DNA of 63,004 nucleotides from Chloroflexota bacterium. Lineage in GTDB: Bacteria; Chloroflexota; Anaerolineae; UBA4142. Positions 18,407-28,115 of the stretch are shown here, in pieces. The position numbers were made by a program, and so were the translations under genes. Where the stretch lies: assembly GCA_016865935.1 (NCBI GenBank), contig VGOB01000002.1, forward strand, positions 1 through 63,004, given 5' to 3'. A model generated the notes under the pieces. That model searched no databases and had not been told where the DNA came from. It worked only from the letters and a program-made list of their open reading frames with translations. Position 1 is the stretch's first letter. Each line of letters begins with the position of its first letter.

Positions 18407-19549
18407 ATGATTGACCTATCGCTCACAGACGAGCAAAAAGCCCTGCAAGAATTGGCGCGCGCTTTCGCGCAAGAGCAAATCGCGCCGGTGGCGTCCGAAC
18501 TGGATCGCACGAGCAAGTTTCCGTTCGATCTCCTCAAACAGGCGCACAAACTCGGGCTGTTGAATCTCACGATTGACGAAGCGCACGGCGGCGGCGGTCT
18601 CGGCTGGCTCGACGCGTGCATTGTCGGCGAAGAACTTGCGGCGGCGGACGCGGGCTTTGCGACGGCGGCGAACGCGAACGAACTCGCGCTGACGCCCTTG
18701 CACCTCGCGGCGTCGGACGAGCAAAAGAAAAAGTTCATCGCGCCGATTGCGCGCGACGGCGGCTTTGCCGCGTTTTGCGTGACCGAACCGAGCGCGGGCA
18801 GCGATGTTGCCGCGCTGCGAACGCGCGCGGAAAAACGCGGCGACGAGTACATCCTGAACGGCACCAAGCACTTTATCACGAATGGCAGTGTCGCGCAACT
18901 GTACACCGTCTTCGCGCTGACCGAGCCGGAGAAGAAACATCGCGGGATGTCGTGCTTTGCCGTCGCCGCGGATTCGCCGGGGATCACGCATCAGCATATG
19001 GGCGAAAAGATGGGGCATCGCGCGTCCGACACGGCGGAGATCGTGTTCGACAACGTGCGCGTCCCCGCCGAAAATTTGATCGGCGGCGAAGGCGGCGGTT
19101 TCAAAATCGCGATGGAGACGTTCGATCGCACGCGCGTCGGCATCGGCGCCGCTGGCGTTGGCATCGCGCGCGCCGCGCTGCAAGCGTCGGTCAAATTTAT
19201 GAAAGAGCGCCAGCAATTCGGTCAAGCCATCGCGAATTTTCAGGGGCTCCAATTTATGCTCGCCGATATGGCGATCAAGATCGAAACCGCGCGGCTCGCG
19301 GTGTATCACGCGGCGTGGCTGGTCGATCACAATTTGGCGTATGCGTACGCATCGGCGATCGCCAAAGCGTACGGCTCCGACATCGCGATGCAAGTGACGA
19401 CGGACGCGGTGCAATTGCACGGCGGGTACGGTTACTACGCCGATTACAAAGTGGAAAAATATATGCGCGACGCGAAACTGTTGCAGATTTACGAAGGCAC
19501 GAATCAAGTCCAACGCGTCATCATCGCGCGCACGTTGTTGAAAGATTAA
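18407..19549 (+). CDS. Acyl-CoA dehydrogenase
   Basis: FCVTEPSAGSD, LNGTKHFITNG, RQQFG..IANFQ, AVQLHGGYGY, RDAKLLQIYEGTNQVQR. Confidence 0.96.
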   Translation: MIDLSLTDEQKALQELARAFAQEQIAPVASELDRTSKFPFDLLKQAHKLGLLNLTIDEAHGGGGLGWLDACIVGEELAAADAGFATAANANELALTPLHLAASDEQKKKFIAPIARDGGFAAFCVTEPSAGSDVAALRTRAEKRGDEYILNGTKHFITNGSVAQLYTVFALTEPEKKHRGMSCFAVAADSPGITHQHMGEKMGHRASDTAEIVFDNVRVPAENLIGGEGGGFKIAMETFDRTRVGIGAAGVGIARAALQASVKFMKERQQFGQAIANFQGLQFMLADMAIKIETARLAVYHAAWLVDHNLAYAYASAIAKAYGSDIAMQVTTDAVQLHGGYGYYADYKVEKYMRDAKLLQIYEGTNQVQRVIIARTLLKD

Positions 19550-19644
19550 CGTGACAGGTGACAAGGGAAGGGCAACGTCAAGCGTGATACGTGAAACGTG
19601 ATCTGATCCCTGATCCCTGACCCCTGATCCCTGACAGAGGTTCT

Positions 19645-20163
19645 ATGAGTCGTGATTTTATTCTCGTGTTCGGCGGCGGGATGGTGTCGTTGCTAACAAC
19701 GCTGATCGTTCTGTTCGTCGCCGATTTCTTTTATCGCTACGAGCGCGAGCGCCAAGCCAAAGCGGCGGCACCGCAACCCCAAGTGACGATGCAACCGCAG
19801 CCGGTTATAGCCGTTGCCCCTGCGCCAGCGGCAAAACCGATCGCGGCGGCGCCAGCGGCAAAACCGATTGCCGTGCCGCCGCCGCCCTCTGCCGCGCCCA
19901 TTCTGCCGGAGAAACCGGCAACCGCGTCGCCGCCCAAACCGGTCGCGCCAGTGCAAGTGGAGAAACCGGTTGCCGCGCCAGCGCCCGCCGCGCCAGCGCA
20001 GGTCGAGAAACCGGTTGCCGCGCCAGCGCCCGCCGCGCCAGCGCAGGTTGAGAAACCGGTTGCCGCGCCAGCGCAGGTTGCGCCGCCGCCGACGGAAAAG
20101 CCGGTTGCCGCGCCGCCTCCATTTCCCCCTCCTCCTGAAACAATGACCAAGTCAACTGGATGA
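19645..20163 (+). CDS. Membrane-anchored Pro/Ala-rich protein with 15-aa tandem repeats
   Basis: GAGG RBS; N-terminal TM helix; EKPVAAPAPAAPAQV repeats with 45-bp period (19960, 20005, 20050). Confidence 0.65.
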   Translation: MSRDFILVFGGGMVSLLTTLIVLFVADFFYRYERERQAKAAAPQPQVTMQPQPVIAVAPAPAAKPIAAAPAAKPIAVPPPPSAAPILPEKPATASPPKPVAPVQVEKPVAAPAPAAPAQVEKPVAAPAPAAPAQVEKPVAAPAQVAPPPTEKPVAAPPPFPPPPETMTKSTG

Positions 20164-20238
20164 TCAACGTGAAACGTGAAATTGAGTTCACGTTTCGCGC
20201 GTTACGCTTTACGAATTTCACTCCAAAGGAGAAGTGCA

Positions 20239-21018
20239 ATGAACCTCGTGGTCTTGATCAAGCGCGTACCGGATACCGAGACGCGTATTCAGATCAAAGA
20301 CGGCAAAGTCGTCACGGACGGCATTGCTTGGATCATTAGTCCGTACGACGAGTACGGCATTGAAGAAGCGCTGCGGATCAACGAAAAGCAAGGGGGCGGC
20401 AAAGTGACTCTACTTTGTCTCGGTCCCGAAGAAGCGAAGGAAACGATCCGCAAAGGTCTCGCGCTCGGCGCGGACGATGCGGTGCACGTCAACGATCCCG
20501 CGCTGCTCGGCGGCGACGCTTCCGCGACTGCCAAAGTGCTTGCCGCCGCGCTCAAGAAAATGCAGTACGATCTCGTCCTCGCCGGCAAGCAAGCCGTGGA
20601 CGAAGACAACGCCCAAGTCGCGGTGCGCGTCGCCGAATTGCTTGACTTGCCGTGCGTCAATTCCGTCATCAAATTGGAATTTTCCGACGACAAGAAATCC
20701 GCGCGCTGCCTGCGCGAAGTGGACGGCGACCGCGACGAAGCGGAAACCAGTTTGCCGGCGATCATCACCGCGCAGCAGGGTTTGAACGAACCGCGCTATC
20801 CCTCGCTCAAAGGGATTATGGGCGCGAAGAAAAAACCGATCACCGATTGGAAAGCCGCCGACCTGGGTCTTGATCCCGCGTCGCTCGCGCCCAAATTGGA
20901 AACGCTGCGCTTCGATCCGCCGCCCGCGCGTCCGCCCGGCAAGAAACTCCCCGGCGATGCCGCAACGGCGACCAAAGAACTCGTGCGATTGTTGCGCGAA
21001 GAAGCCAAAGTGATCTAG
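20239..21018 (+). CDS. etfB: Electron transfer flavoprotein beta subunit
   Basis: MNLVVLIKRVPDTE, LALGADDAV, LAGKQAVDED, NEPRYPSLKGIM. Confidence 0.95.
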   Translation: MNLVVLIKRVPDTETRIQIKDGKVVTDGIAWIISPYDEYGIEEALRINEKQGGGKVTLLCLGPEEAKETIRKGLALGADDAVHVNDPALLGGDASATAKVLAAALKKMQYDLVLAGKQAVDEDNAQVAVRVAELLDLPCVNSVIKLEFSDDKKSARCLREVDGDRDEAETSLPAIITAQQGLNEPRYPSLKGIMGAKKKPITDWKAADLGLDPASLAPKLETLRFDPPPARPPGKKLPGDAATATKELVRLLREEAKVI

Positions 21019-21019
21019 G

Positions 21020-21100
21020 TCAAAAATGCCAAATGTGCCAAAAGAGCCAAACGTGCCAAAAACGATTTGGCAAATTTGGCAAGTTTGGCAGATTTTGAGG
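21020..21100. repeat. Inverted nonamer array (GCCAAA / TTTGGC)
   Basis: gccaaa units at 9-nt spacing followed by tttggc units; similar array at 29884-29980. Confidence 0.75.
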
Positions 21101-21109
21101 AATTGAAAA

Positions 21110-22087
21110 ATGGGAAACATACTCATTATCGCAGAAGAACGCGAAGGGACTCTGCGCAAAGTTTCGTACGAACTCGTGACCGTCGCGAACGAAATCGCCA
21201 AGGGCTTGGGCGGTGCGGTCGAAGCGTTTGTGATCGGCAACAACGTCGGCGCGTGCGCGGAAGCGCTGGCGAAAACGGGCGTCGCGAAAGTGTACTGCGC
21301 CGATTCGCCCGCGCTCGCGCATTTCGCGCCGGAAGTTTTCGCGGCAACGCTCGCCGACGCGATTCGCAAAGCCGCGCCGTCGGTCGTGCTGATGCCGGCG
21401 ACCGGCTTGGGCAAGGAACTCGGCGCGCAAGTCGCGGCAAAATTGGATTGGGGCGTCGTGACCGACTGCATCACTTTTCAAGTCGAAGGCGGCGCGCTGA
21501 TCTTCAAGCGACCGGTCTACGCGGGCAAGGCAATGGCGACGATCAAAGCGAAAACGTTGCCGGTGATCGCTTCTTTCCGTCCGAACATTTTCCCGCCCGC
21601 GCCGGCAGAATCAGCCGCCGCGCCAATCGAAAAAGTCGAGGTCGCGGCGATCACACCGCGCGCACAAGTGATCGAGAAGGTGAAGAAGGAAGCGGTGGAC
21701 GTTGATCTCGCCGAAGCAAAGGTCGTCGTCTCCGGCGGACGCGGCGCGAAAGACGCGAACGGCTTCGTCCAGATTCGCGAGATCGCCAAGATGCTGGGCG
21801 CGGCAGTCGGCGCGTCGCGCGCGGCGGTGGACGCGGGCTGGATTGATTACAGCACCCAGGTTGGGCAGACCGGCAAGACCGTCGCGCCGCAACTGTACAT
21901 CGCGCTTGGAATTTCCGGCGCGATTCAGCACCTCGCCGGAATGTCGTCGTCCAAGGTGATCGTCGCGGTCAACAAAGACCCGGACGCGCCGATCTTCCAA
22001 GCCGCGGATTATGGCATCGTCGCGGATATGTTCGAGGTGATGCCGGTGCTGAAGGAAGAATTGAAAAAAGTGTTGGCGGAAAAGTGA
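21110..22087 (+). CDS. etfA: Electron transfer flavoprotein alpha subunit
   Basis: VVSGGRG, GASRAAVDAGW, QVGQTGKTVAP, GISGAIQHLAGM. Confidence 0.96.
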   Translation: MGNILIIAEEREGTLRKVSYELVTVANEIAKGLGGAVEAFVIGNNVGACAEALAKTGVAKVYCADSPALAHFAPEVFAATLADAIRKAAPSVVLMPATGLGKELGAQVAAKLDWGVVTDCITFQVEGGALIFKRPVYAGKAMATIKAKTLPVIASFRPNIFPPAPAESAAAPIEKVEVAAITPRAQVIEKVKKEAVDVDLAEAKVVVSGGRGAKDANGFVQIREIAKMLGAAVGASRAAVDAGWIDYSTQVGQTGKTVAPQLYIALGISGAIQHLAGMSSSKVIVAVNKDPDAPIFQAADYGIVADMFEVMPVLKEELKKVLAEK

Positions 22088-22147
22088 CCCCCACCCTACC
22101 CTCCCCCGTTCGCTCAGCGAACGGGGGAGGGTTTGGGTAGGGGTGGG
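22088..22147. repeat. CCCTCCCCC/GGGGGAGGG palindromic element (may also act as terminator)
   Basis: cccaccctaccctcccccgttcgct-c-agcgaacgggggagggtttgggtaggggtggg. Confidence 0.65.
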
Positions 22148-22155
22148 AGTTGACG

Positions 22156-22473
22156 ATGGCAAACGATCGTTTTGAAAACGTGACGGCAATCAAAAAAGCG
22201 AATGTCTATTTCGACGGCAAGGTGACCAGCCGGACGATTTTGTTCGCGGACGGATCGCGCAAGACGTTGGGCGTGATGCTCCCCGGCGATTACGAATTCA
22301 GCACCGGCGCGCCGGAGGTGATGGAAGTTCTCGGCGGCGAGATGATGGTGTTGTTGCCGGGTAAACCGGAATGGCAGACGTTCAAGGTGGGCGATAGTTT
22401 CAACGTCCCGGCGAACGCGTCGTTCAAATTGCAGATCGCGGTGGTGGCGGATTATTGTTGTTCGTACGAGTGA
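22156..22473 (+). CDS. ppnP: Pyrimidine/purine nucleoside phosphorylase (DUF1255)
   Basis: [42 protein letters not shown]. Confidence 0.9.
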   Translation: MANDRFENVTAIKKANVYFDGKVTSRTILFADGSRKTLGVMLPGDYEFSTGAPEVMEVLGGEMMVLLPGKPEWQTFKVGDSFNVPANASFKLQIAVVADYCCSYE

Positions 22474-22480
22474 ACGACGG

Positions 22481-22640
22481 TTGGATCACGAAAGCCGCGA
22501 AATAACGCGATAACCGCGAAACGCGAAAGGGTATATTTTCTTTCGCGGTTTTCGTCCCTTTCGCGAGTTTCGCGTTCCGAACTTTTCGCGGCTTTTGCGC
22601 CTTTCGTGGATTTCGTGTTCCAAACGGTTTCGTGTTCCAA
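22481..22640. repeat. Left ~100-bp imperfect palindromic repeat plus extra half-copies flanking the GxxExxY gene
   Basis: 22481-22580 matches 23111-23210 at 90/100 positions (manual count); TTTCG(C/T)GTTCCAA ends recur at ~22583-22623 and ~22627-22640. Confidence 0.9.
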
Positions 22641-22662
22641 TGTTTTTGCGATGGAGGAACCT

Positions 22663-23109
22663 ATGCCACAACCATCCAAACACAACTTCGAGCCGCTGTC
22701 GTACAAAGTGATTGGCGCGTGTATTGACGTTCAGCGGCAATTGGGGACGCATTGCATGGAAGTGGACTATCAACGCGCGCTCGAAATCGCGCTGCCCAAG
22801 TACGGCGTGCAGTTCGAGCGCGAAGTTGAAATCCCGATTACGTACGACGGCGTGACGGTGACCAAGCGCCGCGTGGATTTCGTGTGCTGGGATGAACGCG
22901 ATCGCTTGCTTCTGGAAACCAAAGCCGCGCAAGCCATTCGCCCAGACGACGTCGAGGGGAGTTTGCTCTACGTGACGAAAGGAAACGAGAGACTCATCTT
23001 GCTCGTCAATCTGGGCGAGAAACCCTTGCGCCCGCGTCGCTTTGTGAACACACCCGAATGTGAACGCGAGACCCGCGAGATGATTCAGAGTATGCAAGCC
23101 GCGAAGTAG
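22663..23109 (+). CDS. GxxExxY protein (PD-(D/E)XK nuclease-like family)
   Basis: GGAGG RBS; LSYKVIGACIDVQRQLGTHCMEVDYQRAL...REVEIPITY...RVDFV...LLETKA...LLVNLG. Confidence 0.85.
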   Translation: MPQPSKHNFEPLSYKVIGACIDVQRQLGTHCMEVDYQRALEIALPKYGVQFEREVEIPITYDGVTVTKRRVDFVCWDERDRLLLETKAAQAIRPDDVEGSLLYVTKGNERLILLVNLGEKPLRPRRFVNTPECERETREMIQSMQAAK

Positions 23110-23110
23110 T

Positions 23111-23210
23111 TTGGAACACGAAAACCGCGAAACATCGCGATAACCGCGAAACGCGAAAGGGTACGTTTTCTTTCGCGGCTTTCGTCTCTTTCGTGAGTTT
23201 CGCGTTCCAA
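23111..23210. repeat. Right ~100-bp repeat flanking the GxxExxY gene
   Basis: TTGGAACACGAAA...TTTCGCGTTCCAA terminal inverted ends; direct repeat of 22481-22580. Confidence 0.9.
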
Positions 23211-23217
23211 GGATTTC

Positions 23218-23775
23218 ATGTTCCAAACCCCCGCCTACCTCGCGCGCGGCACCGCGCGCCAACAACGCGCCTACCGCGCGCTCCAATCACTTGGCATCTT
23301 TCGCGTCTTGCGTGCGTACACGCCCGTTCTCGCCGGGACGATTCCACTTGGCGTTGACATTCGCGGCAGCGACCTCGACATCATTTGCCACGCGCGCGAT
23401 CTCGACGCGTTCGCGCGCGCGGTGACCGACGCGTTCAGCGCGCGTCCGGGTTTTCGCCTCGCGCGCGTGACGATCAAGCGCATTCCATCGCTCATCGCGA
23501 ATTTCGATCACGCCGGATTTCCGATTGAAATTTTCGGGCAGCCGCAACCGGTGACGGAGCAAAACGCGTACCGGCATCTGATTGTGGAAGCACGTTTGCT
23601 GAAAATCGGCGGGGAACGCGCGCGCCGCGCGATTCGCCAAATGAAAAACGCCGGACTCAAAACCGAGCCGGCGTTTGCGCGCTATTTTGGAATCGCGGGC
23701 GATCCGTACGAGGAATTATTGCGCTTGTCGCGTCTGAGCGTACGAGAATTGAAGGAACTTTTTGCTGACGGCTGA
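23218..23775 (+). CDS. DUF4269 domain protein (nucleotidyltransferase-like GSDLD motif)
   Basis: YLARGTARQQRAY, PVLAGTIPLGVDIRGSDLDIIC, IEIFGQ, GLKTEPAFA...GDPYEELL. Confidence 0.82.
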   Translation: MFQTPAYLARGTARQQRAYRALQSLGIFRVLRAYTPVLAGTIPLGVDIRGSDLDIICHARDLDAFARAVTDAFSARPGFRLARVTIKRIPSLIANFDHAGFPIEIFGQPQPVTEQNAYRHLIVEARLLKIGGERARRAIRQMKNAGLKTEPAFARYFGIAGDPYEELLRLSRLSVRELKELFADG

Positions 23776-23809
23776 TCGCTGACCGCTGGTGTTGTGCTGT
23801 GGTCGTCGG

Positions 23810-24250
23810 TCAACGGTCATCGGTCGCCTGTTTGAGCAACTCCACCAACCCATCCGGATACAACGACGCGACGCCGCGTTCGAACTCGCGCAGAGATTTC
23901 CACACCGCGCGCCCGCGGGTGCCATTTTCGTCAATGAGGAATTCATCGCGCGCGTAGAACGCCGGATCAACGAACGCGGCATCGTGTATCCACACGATTT
24001 CGTGCCCCAGTTTGCCATTGCGCACAAAAAGATTTTCTGTCACCTGGAGCAAACGGACGTCTCTGATTTCTGCGCCAAGTTCTTCGCGCATCTCGCGGCG
24101 CAACGTGTCGATCACGCGTTCGCCAAATTCCACGCCGCCACCCGGCGGACGATAAAACGTTTCGCGCTTGACCGAATCGTACCATTCATTCACCAAAATT
24201 TCGTCGTCGCGCCGAAACACGGCAAGCGCGATCACGCGGATTTTTTCCAT
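23810..24250 (-). CDS. NUDIX hydrolase
   Basis: Nudix box PGGGVEFGERVIDTLRREMREELG. Confidence 0.9.
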   Translation of the reverse strand: MEKIRVIALAVFRRDDEILVNEWYDSVKRETFYRPPGGGVEFGERVIDTLRREMREELGAEIRDVRLLQVTENLFVRNGKLGHEIVWIHDAAFVDPAFYARDEFLIDENGTRGRAVWKSLREFERGVASLYPDGLVELLKQATDDR

Positions 24251-25075
24251 TTACGCCCTTTCGCGGCTTTCGTTTTCTTTCGTGGATTTCGCGTTCCAAA
24301 CTTCTTCCCGATACGCGCCCCACATTCGCTCCGGCAACAACGCGCCAAGCGCGACCATCACTTGACGCGCGGCACCCGCGTCGCGTTCATCGCGCGCAAG
24401 ATCACGCGGCACGCGCAGCAGAAACGGCGCGCCGAAATTTACCGTCAGCACGCCATCGTCCTCGAAAATTCCCGCAGGCAAAATCGGAATGTGATCGCGC
24501 GTGAGCAAGAGCAAAAACAACCCCGCACCACGCGGCGGCTGACGCAACGCAAATCCTGCGCCCGTGTGTCCCTCCGGCGCAATCCCCACCAACTCCGGAT
24601 TGTCGCCGCGCGTCAACGCGAGCGCGCCGCGAATGGCTGGCGCACCGGCGCCGCGAAATTCTTCCAAGCCCAGCGCGGGCGGCAAACGAATCGTCCCGTA
24701 CGCCTTGCCGATTTGTCCAAAGAACCAGCGTGTCAACGGCTGTTTGATCCATTTGCGGAATCCGCGCGGATACCACCATTCGCGCGCCATCGCGAAATGA
24801 ATCTCGCGCGGATCGCGCGCGCGCCGCGCGGCAATCGCCGTCACCAGCGCGGCGACGGTCCACCACGCGCCTAACCCAGGTCGGTCGTAATGATTGATCG
24901 TCAAAATGAAAGGCGAAGCGGGGGGAATATTTTCCGGATGCAAGACGCGCGGCGGAGGATGCGCGCCACGGAGGAGCAACGCGCCGTCACGACTCAGCGA
25001 GGACCGAATGCCAAGCCCGACGCGCAACAGCGGAAGCAACAAGCGGAGCGAATAGGCGTAACGCGGCGCGATCAT
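24251..25075 (-). CDS. PlsC-like acyltransferase
   Basis: ENIP..SPFILTINHY, IAPEG, IPILPAGI, VNFGAPF motifs of the glycerolipid acyltransferase family. Confidence 0.7.
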   Translation of the reverse strand: MIAPRYAYSLRLLLPLLRVGLGIRSSLSRDGALLLRGAHPPPRVLHPENIPPASPFILTINHYDRPGLGAWWTVAALVTAIAARRARDPREIHFAMAREWWYPRGFRKWIKQPLTRWFFGQIGKAYGTIRLPPALGLEEFRGAGAPAIRGALALTRGDNPELVGIAPEGHTGAGFALRQPPRGAGLFLLLLTRDHIPILPAGIFEDDGVLTVNFGAPFLLRVPRDLARDERDAGAARQVMVALGALLPERMWGAYREEVWNAKSTKENESRERA

Positions 25076-25680
25076 TTGGGCGCATCATCGCGCAACGCGC
25101 GATAGACCAGCCACATTCGTTGCGCCGCCGTGATCGGCGTGAAAATCGCGAGAAAACCCAGGACGATCAACAGTGGCGCGTCGCCGAAGAACGCCGTGGC
25201 GATCAAACCGATCACGATTAGCGCGATCCGTTCAAAGCGCGTCAAGAATCCTTCCTTGCATTGCACGCCAATCCCTTCCGCGCGCGCGCGCGCGTAACTC
25301 ACCATCAGCGACCCAAGCAACGCGAAGAAAATGATGTACACGACGAAAATCATTCCGCGCTGAACGAACGCGTACAACATTCCGAGAAACAGCGCGCCTT
25401 CGGCAAAGCGATCCGTCGTCGAATCGAGAAACGCGCCGAACGCGGTCACCCGATTCGTGAGCCGCGCGAGCGAGCCGTCGAGCGCGTCGAAAATTCCTGC
25501 CGCGATAATCAACACCCCGCCCAGCGCGAAATTTCCGGTTGCCAGCACCGCGCCGATGAGGCACATAAATCCGAAACCGATCAGCGTCAGCGCGTTTGGC
25601 GTCAATCCCAGTGCGCCGAGTCCCCTGGCGAGTACATCTAAAATCACTTGCGCGCGTTGTCGAATCAAATTACTCAACAT
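25072..25680 (-). CDS. pgsA: CDP-alcohol phosphatidyltransferase, phosphatidylinositol-phosphate synthase-like
   Basis: TPNALT, DALDGSLAR...FGAFLDSTTDR, VSYARARAEG...GFLTRFER. Confidence 0.88.
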   Translation of the reverse strand: MLSNLIRQRAQVILDVLARGLGALGLTPNALTLIGFGFMCLIGAVLATGNFALGGVLIIAAGIFDALDGSLARLTNRVTAFGAFLDSTTDRFAEGALFLGMLYAFVQRGMIFVVYIIFFALLGSLMVSYARARAEGIGVQCKEGFLTRFERIALIVIGLIATAFFGDAPLLIVLGFLAIFTPITAAQRMWLVYRALRDDAPK

Positions 25681-25689
25681 TGCTTTTCC

Positions 25690-26844
25690 TCACGCATCAC
25701 GCAACACGTCTCGCGTTTTGAACCGCGCCATTTCCAGCGCGCGCACATCCACCGTCCGCGCTTCACCGTCCGCCACCAACTCGCCGATGCAGGCGCCGAC
25801 AGCAGGCGCGAGCGCGAATCCGATTCCGCCGAACCCTGCCGCGACGAACAAACCGGTGATGCCTGGAACGCGCCCCACAACCGCGTGATCGTCCGGCGTG
25901 AGATCATAAATGCCGGTATGCCCGCGCGCGTAACGCGCGTTCGCCATCGCCGGCAGCCGCGCGGCGATCCGTTGTTGCAAATCAGCGACGAACGCGGGCG
26001 CAACCGCTTCGTCGAAGGAATCGGGATTCGCGTCATCGGCGGGTGGCGTGTTCAGCGCGCCCATCGTCAAACCGAACGTGTGCGGACGAAACAGCGCGCC
26101 CGTCGTCCAATCTTCAAACGCGCAATGCCCGGCGCGTAAATCGGCGGGACGATCAAAAAACGCGATCGGCGCGCAGTGCGCGCGCAAACCGATTTCGGCT
26201 TTGAGTGGCTTGAGCAGACGATCTGTCCACGCGCTCGTGCAGAGAACGACGTTGAGCGCTTCGATCAAGCCGATATTCGTTTCGATGCCGACGACGCGTC
26301 CGTACTCGATGCGAATACTTTTGACCATCGTGCCGGTTTTGAATGTCGCGCCCAATTCTTTCGCGCGCGCGGCGAGCGATTGCGTCGCCAGAACCGGATC
26401 GACGAAACCGGCGCTGGGTTCGTGCGCCGCCAGCGCGATGTCGTCCACGCGCGCCGCCGGTTGCAGATCGCGCACGTCGCCGCGCGAAATGATCTGCGCG
26501 TCCGCGCCCAACGCTTGCAACTGCGCGGTTTGCTCGCGCAAGCGCGCGGCGTGTTCCGCTGGTGCGACGACGATCAGTCCGGTTGGAGTCCAGCCGCAAC
26601 TGCCGCCCACGATTTCTTTCCAACGCTGAAAAAATTTCGTGCTCTCGACCGCTAGACGCGCCTCGGCGGGATGCGCGTGCGCCGCGCGAACGAACGCGCC
26701 GCTACGCTTGGTCGTCCCCGATCCGAGCGGACCTTTTTCGACGACGAGGACGCGCGTCCCTTTGCGCCGCGCCAGATGAAACGCCGCGCTGCATCCGACG
26801 ATGCCGCCGCCGACGATAATCACATCCGCAATGATCCGGCTCAT
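25690..26844 (-). CDS. FAD-dependent oxidoreductase (DAO / sarcosine oxidase family)
   Basis: VIIVGGGIVG, GTTKRSGA, YDLTPDDHAVVG, GFGGIGFALAP. Confidence 0.88.
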   Translation of the reverse strand: MSRIIADVIIVGGGIVGCSAAFHLARRKGTRVLVVEKGPLGSGTTKRSGAFVRAAHAHPAEARLAVESTKFFQRWKEIVGGSCGWTPTGLIVVAPAEHAARLREQTAQLQALGADAQIISRGDVRDLQPAARVDDIALAAHEPSAGFVDPVLATQSLAARAKELGATFKTGTMVKSIRIEYGRVVGIETNIGLIEALNVVLCTSAWTDRLLKPLKAEIGLRAHCAPIAFFDRPADLRAGHCAFEDWTTGALFRPHTFGLTMGALNTPPADDANPDSFDEAVAPAFVADLQQRIAARLPAMANARYARGHTGIYDLTPDDHAVVGRVPGITGLFVAAGFGGIGFALAPAVGACIGELVADGEARTVDVRALEMARFKTRDVLRDA

Positions 26845-28070
26845 TCGTTTTCCTCACCGGGGGGTGCGGATTTTTTCTTGCGCCGCGGAACGCGGAACAG
26901 ATGCCGCACGCGCGCGCTGCGGCGGTTGCCCGGTGCACGCGCGGTAGCGCGCGCGGCGATGAGTTGCTCGTAGTACGCCAGCACGCGTTGCGCGATAATG
27001 TCCCAATCGTACTGCGCGGCTTTTGCCTTGCCTGCCGCGCTCATTTGCGCGCGGCGTTCGGGCGCGTTCAGCAGATCGATCGCCGCGCGCGCGAGCGCGT
27101 TTTCATCTTGCGGCGGGACGAGCAATCCTTCCGCCTGATCGGTGACGACGGAGCGATAGCCGGTAATATTGCTGGCGATCACCGGCACGCCCGCCGCCAT
27201 CGCCTCCAGCAAGATGATGCCGAAACTCTCAAAGCCGGTGGAGGGCGCGCAAAAGATCGTCGCGGTGCGATAATAGCGCGGCAATTCTTCGCGCGAGACG
27301 CGCCCGACGAAATGCACGCTGCGCAATTTCCACGCGCGCGCATAGCGCACCAACGGCGCTTTGTCTTTGTCGTTGAACGCGCCGACGACGATCAGGCGCG
27401 CGTCGGGAATGGCGCGCTTGATGTGCGGAAACGCGCGCAACAAATAGCGAAAGCCCTTGCGTTTGTCCATCCGTCCGACGTATAAAATATTCGGGCGACC
27501 GTCGTCGAATTTTTCAATCGGTTGAATGTGCGGATCGCAAAAACGCGCGCAGTCAATTCCGTTCGGGATCAAGATATGTTCACCGGGGAAATACTGCGTG
27601 ACGTATTCGCGCACGGCATCGGAAACGAAAATGCGTCCGTCGAGTCGTTTGAAGACGCGTTTGAGCAATTGCCCGGCGACTTGGAACAGCATATTGCTTT
27701 CGCGATACGCGTGGAACGTGCCGACGTTGAGCGCGTGCGAGTGGCGCAAAACGACGAGGGACAACATCGGGACGCTGGGTTCGTGGACGTGCACGACGTC
27801 GAATTGCTCTTGCTTCAAAAGCTGCTTGACGCGGCGATAGATGGCGGGCGCGAACGTGATGCGCGCGTTCGAGCCGCTGAACGGGACGGTGGAGACCGCG
27901 CCGCTCACTTTGAGCACGTGATCGTCCAGCGCGTCTTCGTCCTTGCTCGACGCGGCGATGATGCGCGTGGTATGCCCCAGCGCGCGGAAATGTTGATCGA
28001 GCGCGGCGATATGTTCCGTCACGCCGCCGGGGTAGGGATAGTCATAGGGAGAGACGAGGGCGATTTTCAT
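26841..28070 (-). CDS. pimA: GT4 glycosyltransferase, PimA-like phosphatidylinositol alpha-mannosyltransferase
   Basis: SPYDYPYPGGV..H, VPFSGSNAR, DVVHVHEP, GTFH, IPNGID, RKG, ESFGIILLEAMAAG, YDW; matches recalled mycobacterial PimA motifs. Confidence 0.8.
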   Translation of the reverse strand: MKIALVSPYDYPYPGGVTEHIAALDQHFRALGHTTRIIAASSKDEDALDDHVLKVSGAVSTVPFSGSNARITFAPAIYRRVKQLLKQEQFDVVHVHEPSVPMLSLVVLRHSHALNVGTFHAYRESNMLFQVAGQLLKRVFKRLDGRIFVSDAVREYVTQYFPGEHILIPNGIDCARFCDPHIQPIEKFDDGRPNILYVGRMDKRKGFRYLLRAFPHIKRAIPDARLIVVGAFNDKDKAPLVRYARAWKLRSVHFVGRVSREELPRYYRTATIFCAPSTGFESFGIILLEAMAAGVPVIASNITGYRSVVTDQAEGLLVPPQDENALARAAIDLLNAPERRAQMSAAGKAKAAQYDWDIIAQRVLAYYEQLIAARATARAPGNRRSARVRHLFRVPRRKKKSAPPGEENE

Positions 28071-28115
28071 AATTCTAAATTCTGGATTCCAAATTCATAA
28101 TTCAAGATGCGCCGT

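Noticed and set aside
17584-18987. 467-aa kinase ORF with a long N-terminal extension
   Set aside because: The extension is antisense to the acyl-CoA dehydrogenase and crosses two promoters and a REP; the likely start is 18258.
18407-22087. Electron-bifurcating Bcd-Etf coupled to the hydrogenase
   Set aside because: Cannot be supported from motifs alone; no crt, hbd or fix genes nearby, and the hydrogenase is over 11 kb away.
22481-23210. Possible CRISPR array or attL/attR pair
   Set aside because: Only two ~100-bp copies with a gene between them, no spacer-sized units, and no cas or integrase gene in the window.
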